Source of the DNA: Arcobacteraceae bacterium
Lineage (GTDB): Bacteria; Campylobacterota; Campylobacteria; Campylobacterales; Arcobacteraceae
Assembly (NCBI GenBank): GCA_048268245.1
Contig: JBLWVX010000004.1
Span: 1-64,000, forward strand
Reading direction: 5' to 3'
DNA length: 64,000 nt
Made by a program: the position numbers and the translations under genes. The notes under the pieces were generated by a model. It saw nothing but the letters and a program-made list of their open reading frames with translations. It was not told where the DNA came from and searched no databases. Each line of letters opens with the position of its first letter. Position 1 is the first letter of the stretch. Shown one piece after another: positions 32,325 to 42,184 of the stretch.

Positions 32325-33694
32325 AAATACATCAACTTTTTTTAAGAACCTTTAGTCTTATTTTTATAGCAATTCTAATTAGTTTAAGTATAGTTACTTA
32401 TTTTTGGTCTAAAAATATCTATTTAGATCAAATTGAGAAAAATCTAATTCAAAATATTGATACCTTATCTATTGTATTAAATGATTTAGATAATGTAGAT
32501 AATATTATCAAAGACTTACATTCACAAATTGATCTTAGAATTACTATAGTTGATGAAAAAGGAAATGTAATAGCTGAAAGTGACAAAAATAAAGAATTAT
32601 TAGAAAATCATGCAAATAGAAAAGAGATTTTAGAAGCTAAAGATTTTGGAATTGGAAAAGTTATAAGATATTCTACTACAATGCACAAAGAACTACTTTA
32701 CATAGCAAAAAAAGTTACTATCAATAAAAAAATATATTTTATTAGAATGTCTGACTACACAGATAATATTACAGACAATTTTATGAAATTATCACTTCAA
32801 ATTTTTGCATTTATTAGTTTTTTTATAATTATTGCATTTCTTGCTTCTTATTTTATTAGTTTAAAAATCAAAGATGAAACTGAAAATATTTTAGATTTTT
32901 TAACTCAACTTGCTTCTAAAAAAACTACTTCTGATTTACAATCAAATTTTACTTTGGAATTTTATAAAATCACGAAGATACTAAATAAAGTTGCTATAAA
33001 ACTTAAGAAAAAAGAGAAGCAAAAAGCTAAGCAAAATGCAAAGCTTAAAATAGCAAATAGACAAAAGGATGAAATAATCTCAGCCTTATCACATGAGTTT
33101 AAAAACCCTATTGCTATAATTTCAGGCTATAGTGAGACTATTTTAAATGATGAAGATATGCCACCAAGTATAAAAAGAAAGTTTTTAACAAAAATTCACT
33201 CTAATTCACTAAAAATGTCCGATATTATTGATAAATTAAGGCTTACTTTAAAACTTGAAGAAGGAAAACAAGAAATCATTTTAACTTCAACTTCAATGAG
33301 AAAATTAATTGAAGAAATAATATCAGATTTAAATGACAACTATAAAAACAGAGAAATAGAACTAATAGGTGATGATATTGAGTTAAAAGTAGATTCTACA
33401 TTAATTAGTATGGCTATTTCAAACCTAATAGAGAATGCTTTAAAATACTCAGAAGATAAAGTAAGTGTAGAAATAACTTCTGATTGCATCAAAATTATTG
33501 ATAGAGGTATAGGAATAGAAGAGAACGATTTAGAAAAAATCAGACAAAAATTTTACAGAGTTTCTAAAAATGGATGGAATAACTCTTTAGGGTTAGGTCT
33601 ATTTATCGTTCAATCTATCCTAAATTTACACTCATTTGAACTTGAAATAGACTCTATTCATAATAAAGGTTCAGAATTTTCAATAAAATTTTAA
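32318..33694 (+). CDS. phoR: PhoR-like sensor histidine kinase
   Basis: ENHANRKE sensor motif, SHEFKNP, NLIENALKYS, DRGIG, GLGL. Confidence 0.8.
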   Translation: MLKIHQLFLRTFSLIFIAILISLSIVTYFWSKNIYLDQIEKNLIQNIDTLSIVLNDLDNVDNIIKDLHSQIDLRITIVDEKGNVIAESDKNKELLENHANRKEILEAKDFGIGKVIRYSTTMHKELLYIAKKVTINKKIYFIRMSDYTDNITDNFMKLSLQIFAFISFFIIIAFLASYFISLKIKDETENILDFLTQLASKKTTSDLQSNFTLEFYKITKILNKVAIKLKKKEKQKAKQNAKLKIANRQKDEIISALSHEFKNPIAIISGYSETILNDEDMPPSIKRKFLTKIHSNSLKMSDIIDKLRLTLKLEEGKQEIILTSTSMRKLIEEIISDLNDNYKNREIELIGDDIELKVDSTLISMAISNLIENALKYSEDKVSVEITSDCIKIIDRGIGIEENDLEKIRQKFYRVSKNGWNNSLGLGLFIVQSILNLHSFELEIDSIHNKGSEFSIKF

Positions 33695-33770
33695 AATTTA
33701 CTTAATTTAAGTATTTTTTAAGTATCACTACACTATTATTCCACCTCATTAATAAAAGCGGAGAAAATAA

Positions 33771-34190
33771 ATGAAATTTACTCAAATGGCAAAAGCTAAC
33801 GAAATCGAAAGAGATTGGATAGTAGTAGACGCAGAAGGTAAGGTTTTTGGTAGAATCATTACTGAAGTTGCAACTATCTTAAGAGGTAAAAATAAACCTT
33901 GCTTTACACCACATGTTGATTGTGGAGATTACGTTGTAATCATTAACGCATCTAAAGCAAAATTTACAGGTGCTAAATTAGAAGATAAAAATTACTTCAC
34001 TCACTCAGGATACTTTGGTTCAACTAAGACTCACAAAATGTCTGATATGTTAAATAACAACCCTGAGAAGTTATATAAACTTGCAACTAGAGGTATGCTA
34101 CCAAAAACTACTCTAGGTAAAGCAATGTTAAAAAAATTAAAAGTATACGCAGGTTCAGAGCACCCTCACACTGCGCAAATTAAAGGATAA
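33771..34190 (+). CDS. rplM: 50S ribosomal protein L13
   Basis: [27 protein letters not shown]. Confidence 0.98.
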   Translation: MKFTQMAKANEIERDWIVVDAEGKVFGRIITEVATILRGKNKPCFTPHVDCGDYVVIINASKAKFTGAKLEDKNYFTHSGYFGSTKTHKMSDMLNNNPEKLYKLATRGMLPKTTLGKAMLKKLKVYAGSEHPHTAQIKG

Positions 34191-34195
34191 GACTA

Positions 34196-34585
34196 ATGGC
34201 AAAAGTTTACGCAACAGGAAGAAGAAAAACAGCTGTAGCTAAAGTATGGTTAGAAAATGGTAACGGTCAACTTACAATCAACGGTCAATCTTTAGACGCA
34301 TGGTTAGGTGGACACGAAGCTATCAAAAAAAGAGTTATGCAACCATTAGAAGTATCTAAACAAGAAACTTCTGTAAACATCGTAGTTAAATCTTTAGGTG
34401 GTGGTTACTCTGCACAAGCTGATGCTATTAGACACGGAATTTCAAGAGCTCTAGTTGCTTATGATGAGCAATTCAGAACTATCTTAAAGCCTTACGGGTT
34501 ATTAACTAGAGACTCAAGAGCAGTAGAAAGAAAGAAATACGGAAGAAGAAAAGCGAGAAAAAGCGGTCAATTCTCAAAAAGATAA
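34196..34585 (+). CDS. rpsI: 30S ribosomal protein S9
   Basis: [28 protein letters not shown]. Confidence 0.98.
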   Translation: MAKVYATGRRKTAVAKVWLENGNGQLTINGQSLDAWLGGHEAIKKRVMQPLEVSKQETSVNIVVKSLGGGYSAQADAIRHGISRALVAYDEQFRTILKPYGLLTRDSRAVERKKYGRRKARKSGQFSKR

Positions 34586-34625
34586 TCAATATTTTATCTT
34601 TTTATACTTTGTTTTTACAAAACAC

Positions 34626-34658
34626 AAAAGGAAGCAAGAGATTACTTCCTTTTTTTTT
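34626..34658 (+). terminator. Intrinsic terminator after rpsI
   Basis: AAAAGGAAG...CTTCCTTTTTTTTT. Confidence 0.85.
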
Positions 34659-34682
34659 ATCACAATTTTACTACAATACCTT

Positions 34683-36203
34683 ATGAAAAATCTAAAGCGT
34701 ATATTTACAATAACAACATTACTACTTATATTTACAACTACTGTATTTTCAAGTACTTTAAATATGTCAATTAGTTCAAGTCCAAGTAGACTAAATCCTA
34801 TTCTATCAAATGATACAGCTAGTTCAACAGTATCAGGTTGGCTTTTTAATGGTCTATTTAAATATGATAAGAATGGTAATCCAACAGTGGATTTAGCAAA
34901 ATCTTATGAGTTTAAAACTCCTACTCATTTGATTATCAACTTAAAAAAGAATGTTTTATGGCATGACAAAAAAAAGTTTACTTCAAAAGATGTGATTTTT
35001 ACATATGAGCAAATAATTTCACCAAAAGTTTTCACATCAATAAAATCAAATTTCAAACAAGTAAAAAGTGTAAAAGCCTTAGATGATTATACTATTGAGA
35101 TAATATATAAAAAGCCTTACTTTAAAGCTTTAGAGACTTGGATGGTTGGAATTTTGCCCTATCATCTTTTAAAAGATGAAAAAGATTTAATGACAAGCAA
35201 ATTCAACAAAAAACCAATAGGTACTGGTCCATATAAAATTGATGGGTTTGAAACAGGTGCAGATATTAAAATATATGCAAATAATGATTACTTTGATGGA
35301 CGACCAAAAATTGATGAAATTCATTTTAAATTTTTACCTGACACAAATACTTCATTTTTATTTTTAAAACAAAAAAAACTTGATTTAGGTAGTCTAACTC
35401 CTATTCAAATAGATAGGCAAATTGATGATAAATTTAAAGACAACTACAAAATTATTGAAAATCAAAGCTTCTCTTATTCATATTTAGGTTTTAATCTAAA
35501 TATTGAGAAATTTAAAAACAAAAAAATAAGAGAGGCCGTTTCCTTAGCAATTAATAAAGAGGAATTAGTTGATATACTCTTTTTTGGACATGGGCAAGTT
35601 TGTAATGGACCATTTTTACCTGGAAGTTTTGCATATAACAATGAAGTTAAAACAGTGAAACAAGATATAGAAAAATCCAAAGAGATTTTAAAATCACTTG
35701 GGTTTGATGAAAATAATCCTTTTACTTTTGAAGTAGTTACTAATACAGGAAATGACACTAGAATAAATGCAGCACAAATACTTCAATATCAATTAGCACA
35801 AGCAGGTATCAAGATGAAAATAAGAGTTATGGAATGGCAAGCTTTCTTAAACACAGTAGTTCATCCAAGAAACTATGAAGCTGTACTTTTAGGTTGGAGC
35901 TTAGCTTTAATGCCTGATGCTTATCCTCTATGGCATAGTGATTCAACAAAAGTTGGAAGATTTAATCTTGTTGGATATAAAAACAAAGAAGTAGACAACT
36001 TAATTGAAAAAGGTGCTCAAACTGTAAATAGAGAAGATTTAGGTAAAATATATAGAAAGATATTTAAAATAATAGCAGAAGACTTGCCTTATATATTCTT
36101 ATATATTCCCAACTCAATTACAGTTGTAAATAAAGATATTAAAAATGTAGAACCTGCTTTTATAGGAATAACACACAATCAAAAAGATTGGATAAAGGAA
36201 TAA
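34683..36203 (+). CDS. Peptide/nickel ABC transporter substrate-binding protein (family 5)
   Basis: LNPI, WHDKKKFTSKDV, PIGTGPY, YLGFN. Confidence 0.9.
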   Translation: MKNLKRIFTITTLLLIFTTTVFSSTLNMSISSSPSRLNPILSNDTASSTVSGWLFNGLFKYDKNGNPTVDLAKSYEFKTPTHLIINLKKNVLWHDKKKFTSKDVIFTYEQIISPKVFTSIKSNFKQVKSVKALDDYTIEIIYKKPYFKALETWMVGILPYHLLKDEKDLMTSKFNKKPIGTGPYKIDGFETGADIKIYANNDYFDGRPKIDEIHFKFLPDTNTSFLFLKQKKLDLGSLTPIQIDRQIDDKFKDNYKIIENQSFSYSYLGFNLNIEKFKNKKIREAVSLAINKEELVDILFFGHGQVCNGPFLPGSFAYNNEVKTVKQDIEKSKEILKSLGFDENNPFTFEVVTNTGNDTRINAAQILQYQLAQAGIKMKIRVMEWQAFLNTVVHPRNYEAVLLGWSLALMPDAYPLWHSDSTKVGRFNLVGYKNKEVDNLIEKGAQTVNREDLGKIYRKIFKIIAEDLPYIFLYIPNSITVVNKDIKNVEPAFIGITHNQKDWIKE

Positions 36204-36210
36204 AATATAA

Positions 36211-36870
36211 ATGAATAAAGATACAATAATACTATTTGACTTAGATGGAACACTTATAGACTCAACAGATGCAATTATTTCATGTTTTTATCACTCATTT
36301 AAAGAATTAAATTTTGATTTTACAGGAACAACTGATGATATAAAAAATCTTATTGGTTATCCATTAGATGTTATGTATGTTAATCTTGGAGTTGAAGATA
36401 GTAAAAAATGGGATTTTGTTGATTCATACAAAAACCAATATAGACAAATTTCAAAAGAACAAACATATCTTTTAGAAAATGCAATTGAAGCAGTTGAATA
36501 TGCAGCATCATATGCAAGAGTTTCAGTTGTAACTACAAAAACAAGAATGTACACAATGCCTCTTTTAGAAAATCTAAATATTGATAAGCATTTTGAAATA
36601 GTTACAGGAAGAGAAAATGTTGAAAATCCAAAACCCCACCCTGAACCTATAAACATTACACTTAAACAAATGAATTATGATAAAAACTCTCATGATGTTT
36701 GGATGATTGGGGATACAAAACTTGATTTAATAGCAGCAAAAGAAGCTAATGTTAATAGTGTTGGTGTTTTATGTGGATATGGAAAGAAAGAAGAACTTTC
36801 TCTTTATACTGATTATATACATACTAATGCTTTTGAAGCAGTAAAATTTATAAAAGAGCGAAAAAATTAA
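36211..36870 (+). CDS. HAD family hydrolase (Gph-like)
   Basis: FDLDGTLIDS, KPHPEP, MIGDT. Confidence 0.9.
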   Translation: MNKDTIILFDLDGTLIDSTDAIISCFYHSFKELNFDFTGTTDDIKNLIGYPLDVMYVNLGVEDSKKWDFVDSYKNQYRQISKEQTYLLENAIEAVEYAASYARVSVVTTKTRMYTMPLLENLNIDKHFEIVTGRENVENPKPHPEPINITLKQMNYDKNSHDVWMIGDTKLDLIAAKEANVNSVGVLCGYGKKEELSLYTDYIHTNAFEAVKFIKERKN

Positions 36871-37256
36871 TATTTTTCACTCTTTTAATATAGTTTTCTT
36901 AAATACTATCAACTTAATTTAAACTTTATTTTTAAAATTAGTACATATTTTCTACATAAACTTAAGTTATACTTCATATAATAGTTCAATGAAATAATAA
37001 TATTTAATAGTTTATTGAAAATGACTATAAAATAAGACTTTTCAAATTTTATAACATTTTTAATAACATCTAATTTATTATTTTTGAACTTTAATTTATA
37101 GTAAAATACTAGTGTTTAAAGGATTTAATAGTGTTTAGAAAAGTTACATATTAGGCTTAATGATTCTTTATGAAAGAACATTCTAAGTTAAAAGTATGTA
37201 TAATACAAAAGACTAATTAAATTTTTTAAGTCAAATTTAATATTTAAGGAGCCACT

Positions 37257-37820
37257 ATGTTAGAAATTAGATGGCATAGCCGAGCAGGTCAAGGTGCTGT
37301 TACTGGAGCAAAAGGACTTGGGTCGATTGTTGCACAATCTGGAAAAGAAGTTCAAGCGTTTGCTTTTTACGGTTCAGCAAAAAGAGGTGCGTCAATGACT
37401 GCCTACAATAGAATTGATGATAAAGTTATTTTAAATCACGAAAAATTTATGAGTCCTGACTATGTATTTATACTAGATCCAGGATTAGCATTTACTGATG
37501 ATTTTACTGCTAATGGTAAAGATACTACAAAATATATTATTACTACACACCTTAGCAAACAAGAGTTAATAGACTCAGTTCCTGAATTACAAGGGATTGA
37601 AGACAGAGTATACATTTTAGACTGTCTACAAATAGCTAGAGATACTATTGGTAGGGCTATTCCAAATACACCAATGCTTGGTGCATTTATGAAAGTTAGC
37701 GGAATGTATAAATTAGAGTTCTTTAAAGAGGCAATGCAAGGGGTATTAAAAAAATTACCTCAAAATATTATTGATGCTAATATGGTTGCAATCCAAAGAG
37801 CTTATGACGAAGTTCACTAA
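37257..37820 (+). CDS. porC: Pyruvate:ferredoxin/flavodoxin oxidoreductase gamma subunit
   Basis: EIRWHSRAGQGAVT, YGSAKRG, NTPMLGA. Confidence 0.92.
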   Translation: MLEIRWHSRAGQGAVTGAKGLGSIVAQSGKEVQAFAFYGSAKRGASMTAYNRIDDKVILNHEKFMSPDYVFILDPGLAFTDDFTANGKDTTKYIITTHLSKQELIDSVPELQGIEDRVYILDCLQIARDTIGRAIPNTPMLGAFMKVSGMYKLEFFKEAMQGVLKKLPQNIIDANMVAIQRAYDEVH

Positions 37821-37830
37821 AGGATAAAAT

Positions 37831-38244
37831 ATGAGTAAACCAATTAATGAAATGGGATGGGATGAGCTAGTACCAGGTGCTGCTTTATACACATTCGAGG
37901 GTGATGTTGATTACAATATTGCTGATATTCAACCAGAAGAAAGAAATTATTCTGAGACAAGTTCAAAAAGCATGTCAGTAGGAGATTGGAGAGTAATTAA
38001 ACCAGTATGGAACTCAGAAACATGTATTGATTGTCAAAACTGTTGGGTATTCTGTCCGGATACTTCAATCATTGCTAGAAACAAAGAGATGAAAGGTGTT
38101 GATTACGAACACTGTAAGGGATGTGGTTTATGTGTAAGTGTATGTCCTACAAATCCAAAATCTTTATTAATGTTCAACGAGTATGAAACTGTTGAAGATG
38201 CACTTGCTAAATGGCCAGAAAAGAAGAAAAGAGGTGAAAAGTAA
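37831..38244 (+). CDS. porD: Pyruvate oxidoreductase delta subunit (2x[4Fe-4S])
   Basis: CIDCQNCWVFCP and CKGCGLCVSVCP. Confidence 0.92.
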   Translation: MSKPINEMGWDELVPGAALYTFEGDVDYNIADIQPEERNYSETSSKSMSVGDWRVIKPVWNSETCIDCQNCWVFCPDTSIIARNKEMKGVDYEHCKGCGLCVSVCPTNPKSLLMFNEYETVEDALAKWPEKKKRGEK

Positions 38245-39479
38245 TGAATAGTAGAAAAATGGAATTAAACGAAGTAGAAGTTTGGGATGGTAACATGGCA
38301 AACTCTCAGGCTCTTAGACAAGCTGACGTTGATGTAGTTGCTGCTTATCCTATTACTCCTTCAACTGCAACAGTTGAAAACTACGCTATGTTCCATGCAA
38401 ATGGATACGTTGATGGTGAAGTTATCATGGTTGAGTCTGAGCACGCTGCAATGTCAGGATGTATTGGGGCTGGTGCTGCTGGTGGTAGAGTTGCAACTGC
38501 AACTTCTTCTCAAGGTTTAGCATTTATGATTGAAACTTTATACCAAGCATCAGGTATGAGAATTCCCGTTGTATTATGTCTAGTAAATAGAGCTTTAGCT
38601 GCACCTTTAAATGTAAATGGAGACCACTCTGATTTATATTTAACAAGAGATTCAGGATGGGTATCGATTGACGCATTTAACCCTCAAGAAGCTTATGATA
38701 TGACTTTAATGTCATTTAAAATTTCTGAGCATCCAAGTGTTAGATTACCAGTAATATCTAACCAAGATGGATTTATAACTTCACATACAGCACAAAATGT
38801 GTCTCCTTTAAAAGATGAAGTTGCTGCAAAATTTGTTGGTGAATATACAAAAGTTAATGCATTATTAGACTTTGATAAACCTGTAACACATGGTGTACAA
38901 ACTGAGCAAGATTGGCACTTTGAGCACAAAGCAAAACAACACGCTGCATTAATGGCATCAAAAGATGTAGTAGAAGAAATTTTTGCTGAATTCAAAGAAT
39001 TAACTGGTAGAGAATATAAAGTAGTTGAATCTTACGGTATGGAAGATGCAGAGATTGCTATCGTATGTTTAGGTTCAACATATGAAACTGCTATGATTAC
39101 TATTGATCAATTAAGAGAAGAAGGCATTAAAGCTGGTGTTGTTGCACCTAGATTATTTAGACCATTCCCTCTTGAAGAAGTAGCACATGAGTTACAAAAG
39201 GTTAAAGCAGTTGCTTGTATGGATAGATCAGCTCCAGGTGGAACTGTTGGTGCATTATACAACGAAGTTTCTGGTGCATTATTCAATACACCTGCAAGAC
39301 CTTTAATGTCTAACTTAATCTATGGATTAGGTGGTAGAGATATGACAGTTGCAGGATTAAAAGATATCTTTAGAACATTAGATAAAGAAGCAAAAGATGG
39401 TAAATTATCAGGTAACATCCAAAGATTAATTGGTGTTAGAGGTCCTGAGTTAAGCTTCTACAATGTGGAAGGAAAATAA
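38244..39479 (+). CDS. porA: Pyruvate oxidoreductase alpha subunit
   Basis: AYPITPS, ESEHAA, TATSSQGL, YGLGGRD. Confidence 0.94.
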   Translation: MNSRKMELNEVEVWDGNMANSQALRQADVDVVAAYPITPSTATVENYAMFHANGYVDGEVIMVESEHAAMSGCIGAGAAGGRVATATSSQGLAFMIETLYQASGMRIPVVLCLVNRALAAPLNVNGDHSDLYLTRDSGWVSIDAFNPQEAYDMTLMSFKISEHPSVRLPVISNQDGFITSHTAQNVSPLKDEVAAKFVGEYTKVNALLDFDKPVTHGVQTEQDWHFEHKAKQHAALMASKDVVEEIFAEFKELTGREYKVVESYGMEDAEIAIVCLGSTYETAMITIDQLREEGIKAGVVAPRLFRPFPLEEVAHELQKVKAVACMDRSAPGGTVGALYNEVSGALFNTPARPLMSNLIYGLGGRDMTVAGLKDIFRTLDKEAKDGKLSGNIQRLIGVRGPELSFYNVEGK

Positions 39480-39481
39480 AT

Positions 39482-40438
39482 ATGAGTACACAAAAAGTAA
39501 TTAAAAACTTAAAAACGTTTTCAACAGCAGCAGAGAGATTTGAAGGTTCACACCTTCTATGTCCTGGTTGTGCTCACTCTATTATCGTAAGAGAAGTTTT
39601 AAATGCAACTAATGATAACTTAGTTGTATCTGCTTCTACTGGATGTTTAGAAGTTTGTACAGCAATTTACCCTCATACTTCATGGGACTGTTCTTGGATT
39701 CACATCGGTTTTGAAAACTCTTCAACTGCAATGGCAGGTGTTGAGACTATGAACAAAGCTTTAAGAAACAAAGGTAGAATTGCAGCTGATGAGCCACAAC
39801 CAAAGTTTGTAACATTTGGTGGTGATGGTTCTACTTATGATATTGGTTTCCAATGGATTTCAGGTTGTTTTGAAAGAGGACATGATTTCATGTACGTTTG
39901 TTTAGATAATGAAGTATATGCAAATACAGGAGGGCAGAGATCATCTTCAACTCCTATTGGTTCTTCAACTACAACTGCTCCTGCTGGATCTCACTCTTAT
40001 GGTGAGAAAAGACAGAAGAAAGATATCGTATCTATTATGGCAGCTCACGGTGCTCCTTATGTTGCACAAGTTGCTCCAAATAAATGGAAAGATATGGTTA
40101 AGAAAATCCAAAGAGGATTTGATACAGAAGGTCCTGTATTTATCAACGCAATGTCTGCTTGTACAACTGAGTGGAAATTTGCACCAAATCAAACTATTGA
40201 AGTTTCTGATTTAGCAGTTGATTCATTAGTTTTCCCATTATATGAAATTATTGATGGTAGAGAATTAAACATCACTTATAGACCTAAAAACATTGTACCA
40301 GTAAGAGATTACTTAGGTGCACAGCCAAGATTTAAACACTTATTCAAACCAGAAAATGAATATTTAATTGAAGAATGGCAAAAAAGAATTGAAGAAAGAT
40401 GGGCATTCTTACAAAAAAGAGAAGAAATTAGAATGTAA
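39482..40438 (+). CDS. porB: Pyruvate oxidoreductase beta subunit (TPP-binding)
   Basis: CPGC, TGCLEV, GGDG...DNEVYANTGGQ. Confidence 0.94.
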   Translation: MSTQKVIKNLKTFSTAAERFEGSHLLCPGCAHSIIVREVLNATNDNLVVSASTGCLEVCTAIYPHTSWDCSWIHIGFENSSTAMAGVETMNKALRNKGRIAADEPQPKFVTFGGDGSTYDIGFQWISGCFERGHDFMYVCLDNEVYANTGGQRSSSTPIGSSTTTAPAGSHSYGEKRQKKDIVSIMAAHGAPYVAQVAPNKWKDMVKKIQRGFDTEGPVFINAMSACTTEWKFAPNQTIEVSDLAVDSLVFPLYEIIDGRELNITYRPKNIVPVRDYLGAQPRFKHLFKPENEYLIEEWQKRIEERWAFLQKREEIRM

Positions 40439-40445
40439 TTTTTCT

Positions 40446-40490
40446 ATGCTTGCTCTAGGAAGGCTCCTTTTTTCTAGAGCAGCATAATTT
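40446..40490 (+). terminator. Hairpin/terminator after porB
   Basis: ATGCT-TGCTCTAGGAAG...TTTTCTAGAGCAGCAT. Confidence 0.7.
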
Positions 40491-40513
40491 ACAAATATTA
40501 TTATAATATTGAC

Positions 40514-40590
40514 TTAATACTAGCATGAAATAATATAAACCTAAAAATCCAATTTCACTTCCTTTCTTTGGATTTTGGGTTTATATGATA
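40514..40590 (+). ncRNA. Candidate small RNA or leader hairpin with a C/U-rich loop
   Basis: TATAAT at 40502-40507; about 19-bp stem 40533-40586 with a + strand G-U pair; loop TTTCACTTCCTTTCT. Confidence 0.4.
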
Positions 40591-40684
40591 AATCTTCCAA
40601 AATCACTATTTTTTTATTACAATTTTATTTTTCTTACATTTTTTTCACCTAAACTTAAAATATACAAAACAAAAAGGATAGAAA

Positions 40685-41656
40685 ATGAAAAATATAACTA
40701 CGAAATTTTGTAAAAGTTTAACAATTGCTGGATTACTGGTTGCAGGAAGTGTAACAGCAACACTTGCTTCTAGTGTTGATAAAGTACACTTTTTAATTCC
40801 AGGTGGAGCTGGTGGTGGTTGGGATGGAACTGCTAGAGGTGTTGGAGAGGCACTTAAGAATTCTAACCTAGTTAAAGAAACATCATTTGAAAACATGTCA
40901 GGTGGTGGAGGTGGTAAAGCCATCGCATATTTAATTGAAACTGCTAAAAAACAACAAGATACATTAATGGTTAATTCAACTCCTATTGTTATTAGATCAT
41001 TACAAGGTGTTTTCCCTCAATCATTTAGAGATTTAACTTTAGTTTCTTCTGTTGTTGCTGATTATGGTGCTTTAGTTGTAAAACCTGACTCTAAATATAA
41101 AACATGGGCAGATGTAAAAGCTGAGTTTGATAAAAATCCAAGAAAAGTAAAAATTGCTGGTGGAAGTTCAAGAGGATCTATGGATCACTTAGTTGCTGCA
41201 CAAATATTTAAAGCAGCAGGAGGGAACCCAACTAGTGTAAGATATGTAGCTTATGATGCAGGTGGAAAAGCTCTTGCAGGACTTTTAACTGGTGAAGTTG
41301 ATGTACTTTCAACAGGACTTGGAGAAGTTCTTGAAAAACATAAAAAAGGTGAAGTAAGAATTATTGGTATTACTTCAAATAAAGATATTGATGGAATTCC
41401 AAGCTTTAAAGGTATGGGTGTTGATGCATACTTTGCAAACTGGAGAGGATTCTTTGCTGCACCTAACTTACCACAAGAAAAAGTTGATGCTTTTGCAGCT
41501 ACTTTAGGAAAAATGTATGACACTAAAGAGTGGGAAAATGTAAGAAAAAGAAATGGATGGACTAACCTTTATCAACCAAAAGAAGAGTTTCAATCGTTCT
41601 TAGAAAAGCAAGAGAAAATCATCTCTTCACTTATGAAAGAAATGGGATTTCTATAG
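40685..41656 (+). CDS. tctC: Tripartite tricarboxylate transporter substrate-binding protein
   Basis: PGGAGGGWDGTAR, ENMSGGGG, NWRGFFA. Confidence 0.92.
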   Translation: MKNITTKFCKSLTIAGLLVAGSVTATLASSVDKVHFLIPGGAGGGWDGTARGVGEALKNSNLVKETSFENMSGGGGGKAIAYLIETAKKQQDTLMVNSTPIVIRSLQGVFPQSFRDLTLVSSVVADYGALVVKPDSKYKTWADVKAEFDKNPRKVKIAGGSSRGSMDHLVAAQIFKAAGGNPTSVRYVAYDAGGKALAGLLTGEVDVLSTGLGEVLEKHKKGEVRIIGITSNKDIDGIPSFKGMGVDAYFANWRGFFAAPNLPQEKVDAFAATLGKMYDTKEWENVRKRNGWTNLYQPKEEFQSFLEKQEKIISSLMKEMGFL

Positions 41657-41698
41657 GATAAGTAGAGAGAAATCTCTACTTTGACGAAAGGATTTATT

Positions 41699-42184
41699 AT
41701 GACGAAAAATTCAATTGGAGCAATATTCTTTTTAGTTTTTTCATGTTTTTATTTTTACAATGTATTTAACATAAAAAAGATGCCAGGATCTCAGTTTGAA
41801 GTGATGACAGCCTCTACTTTTCCTTTTTATATAGGAGTTGCAGGAGTTGTTATATCAATACTAATCTTAATTTTATCAATAGTAAAAAAAGATGAAGATA
41901 TTTTATCTTTATCGTATTTAAAAACTTTAGATTTTAAAACAACTGCTTTATTTATTGTAGCAATGATTTTCTATGGGTTTACTATTAGAACTTTAGGGTT
42001 TATTATAGCAACTATTATTTTCTTAGGACTTGGGTTTTCAATACTAAAAGAGAGAAATTTAAAGAGAATATTTTTAATATCAGTGGGTGTATCAGTAGGT
42101 TTTTATCTGATACTAAACAATCTTTTAGGTGTATATATAGACCCAGGAATGATTTTTGATAGTTTAGCAGGAGGTGAATCATGA
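41699..42184 (+). CDS. tctB: TTT small permease
   Basis: Four TM helices, FP motif, between tctC and tctA; ATG at 41699 after AAGGA. Confidence 0.88.
   Translation: MTKNSIGAIFFLVFSCFYFYNVFNIKKMPGSQFEVMTASTFPFYIGVAGVVISILILILSIVKKDEDILSLSYLKTLDFKTTALFIVAMIFYGFTIRTLGFIIATIIFLGLGFSILKERNLKRIFLISVGVSVGFYLILNNLLGVYIDPGMIFDSLAGGES

Noticed and set aside
36871..37256. 386-bp AT-rich gap before the por operon as a hidden gene or RNA
   Set aside because: No convincing ORF or stable stem; best explained as a regulatory region whose sites I cannot define
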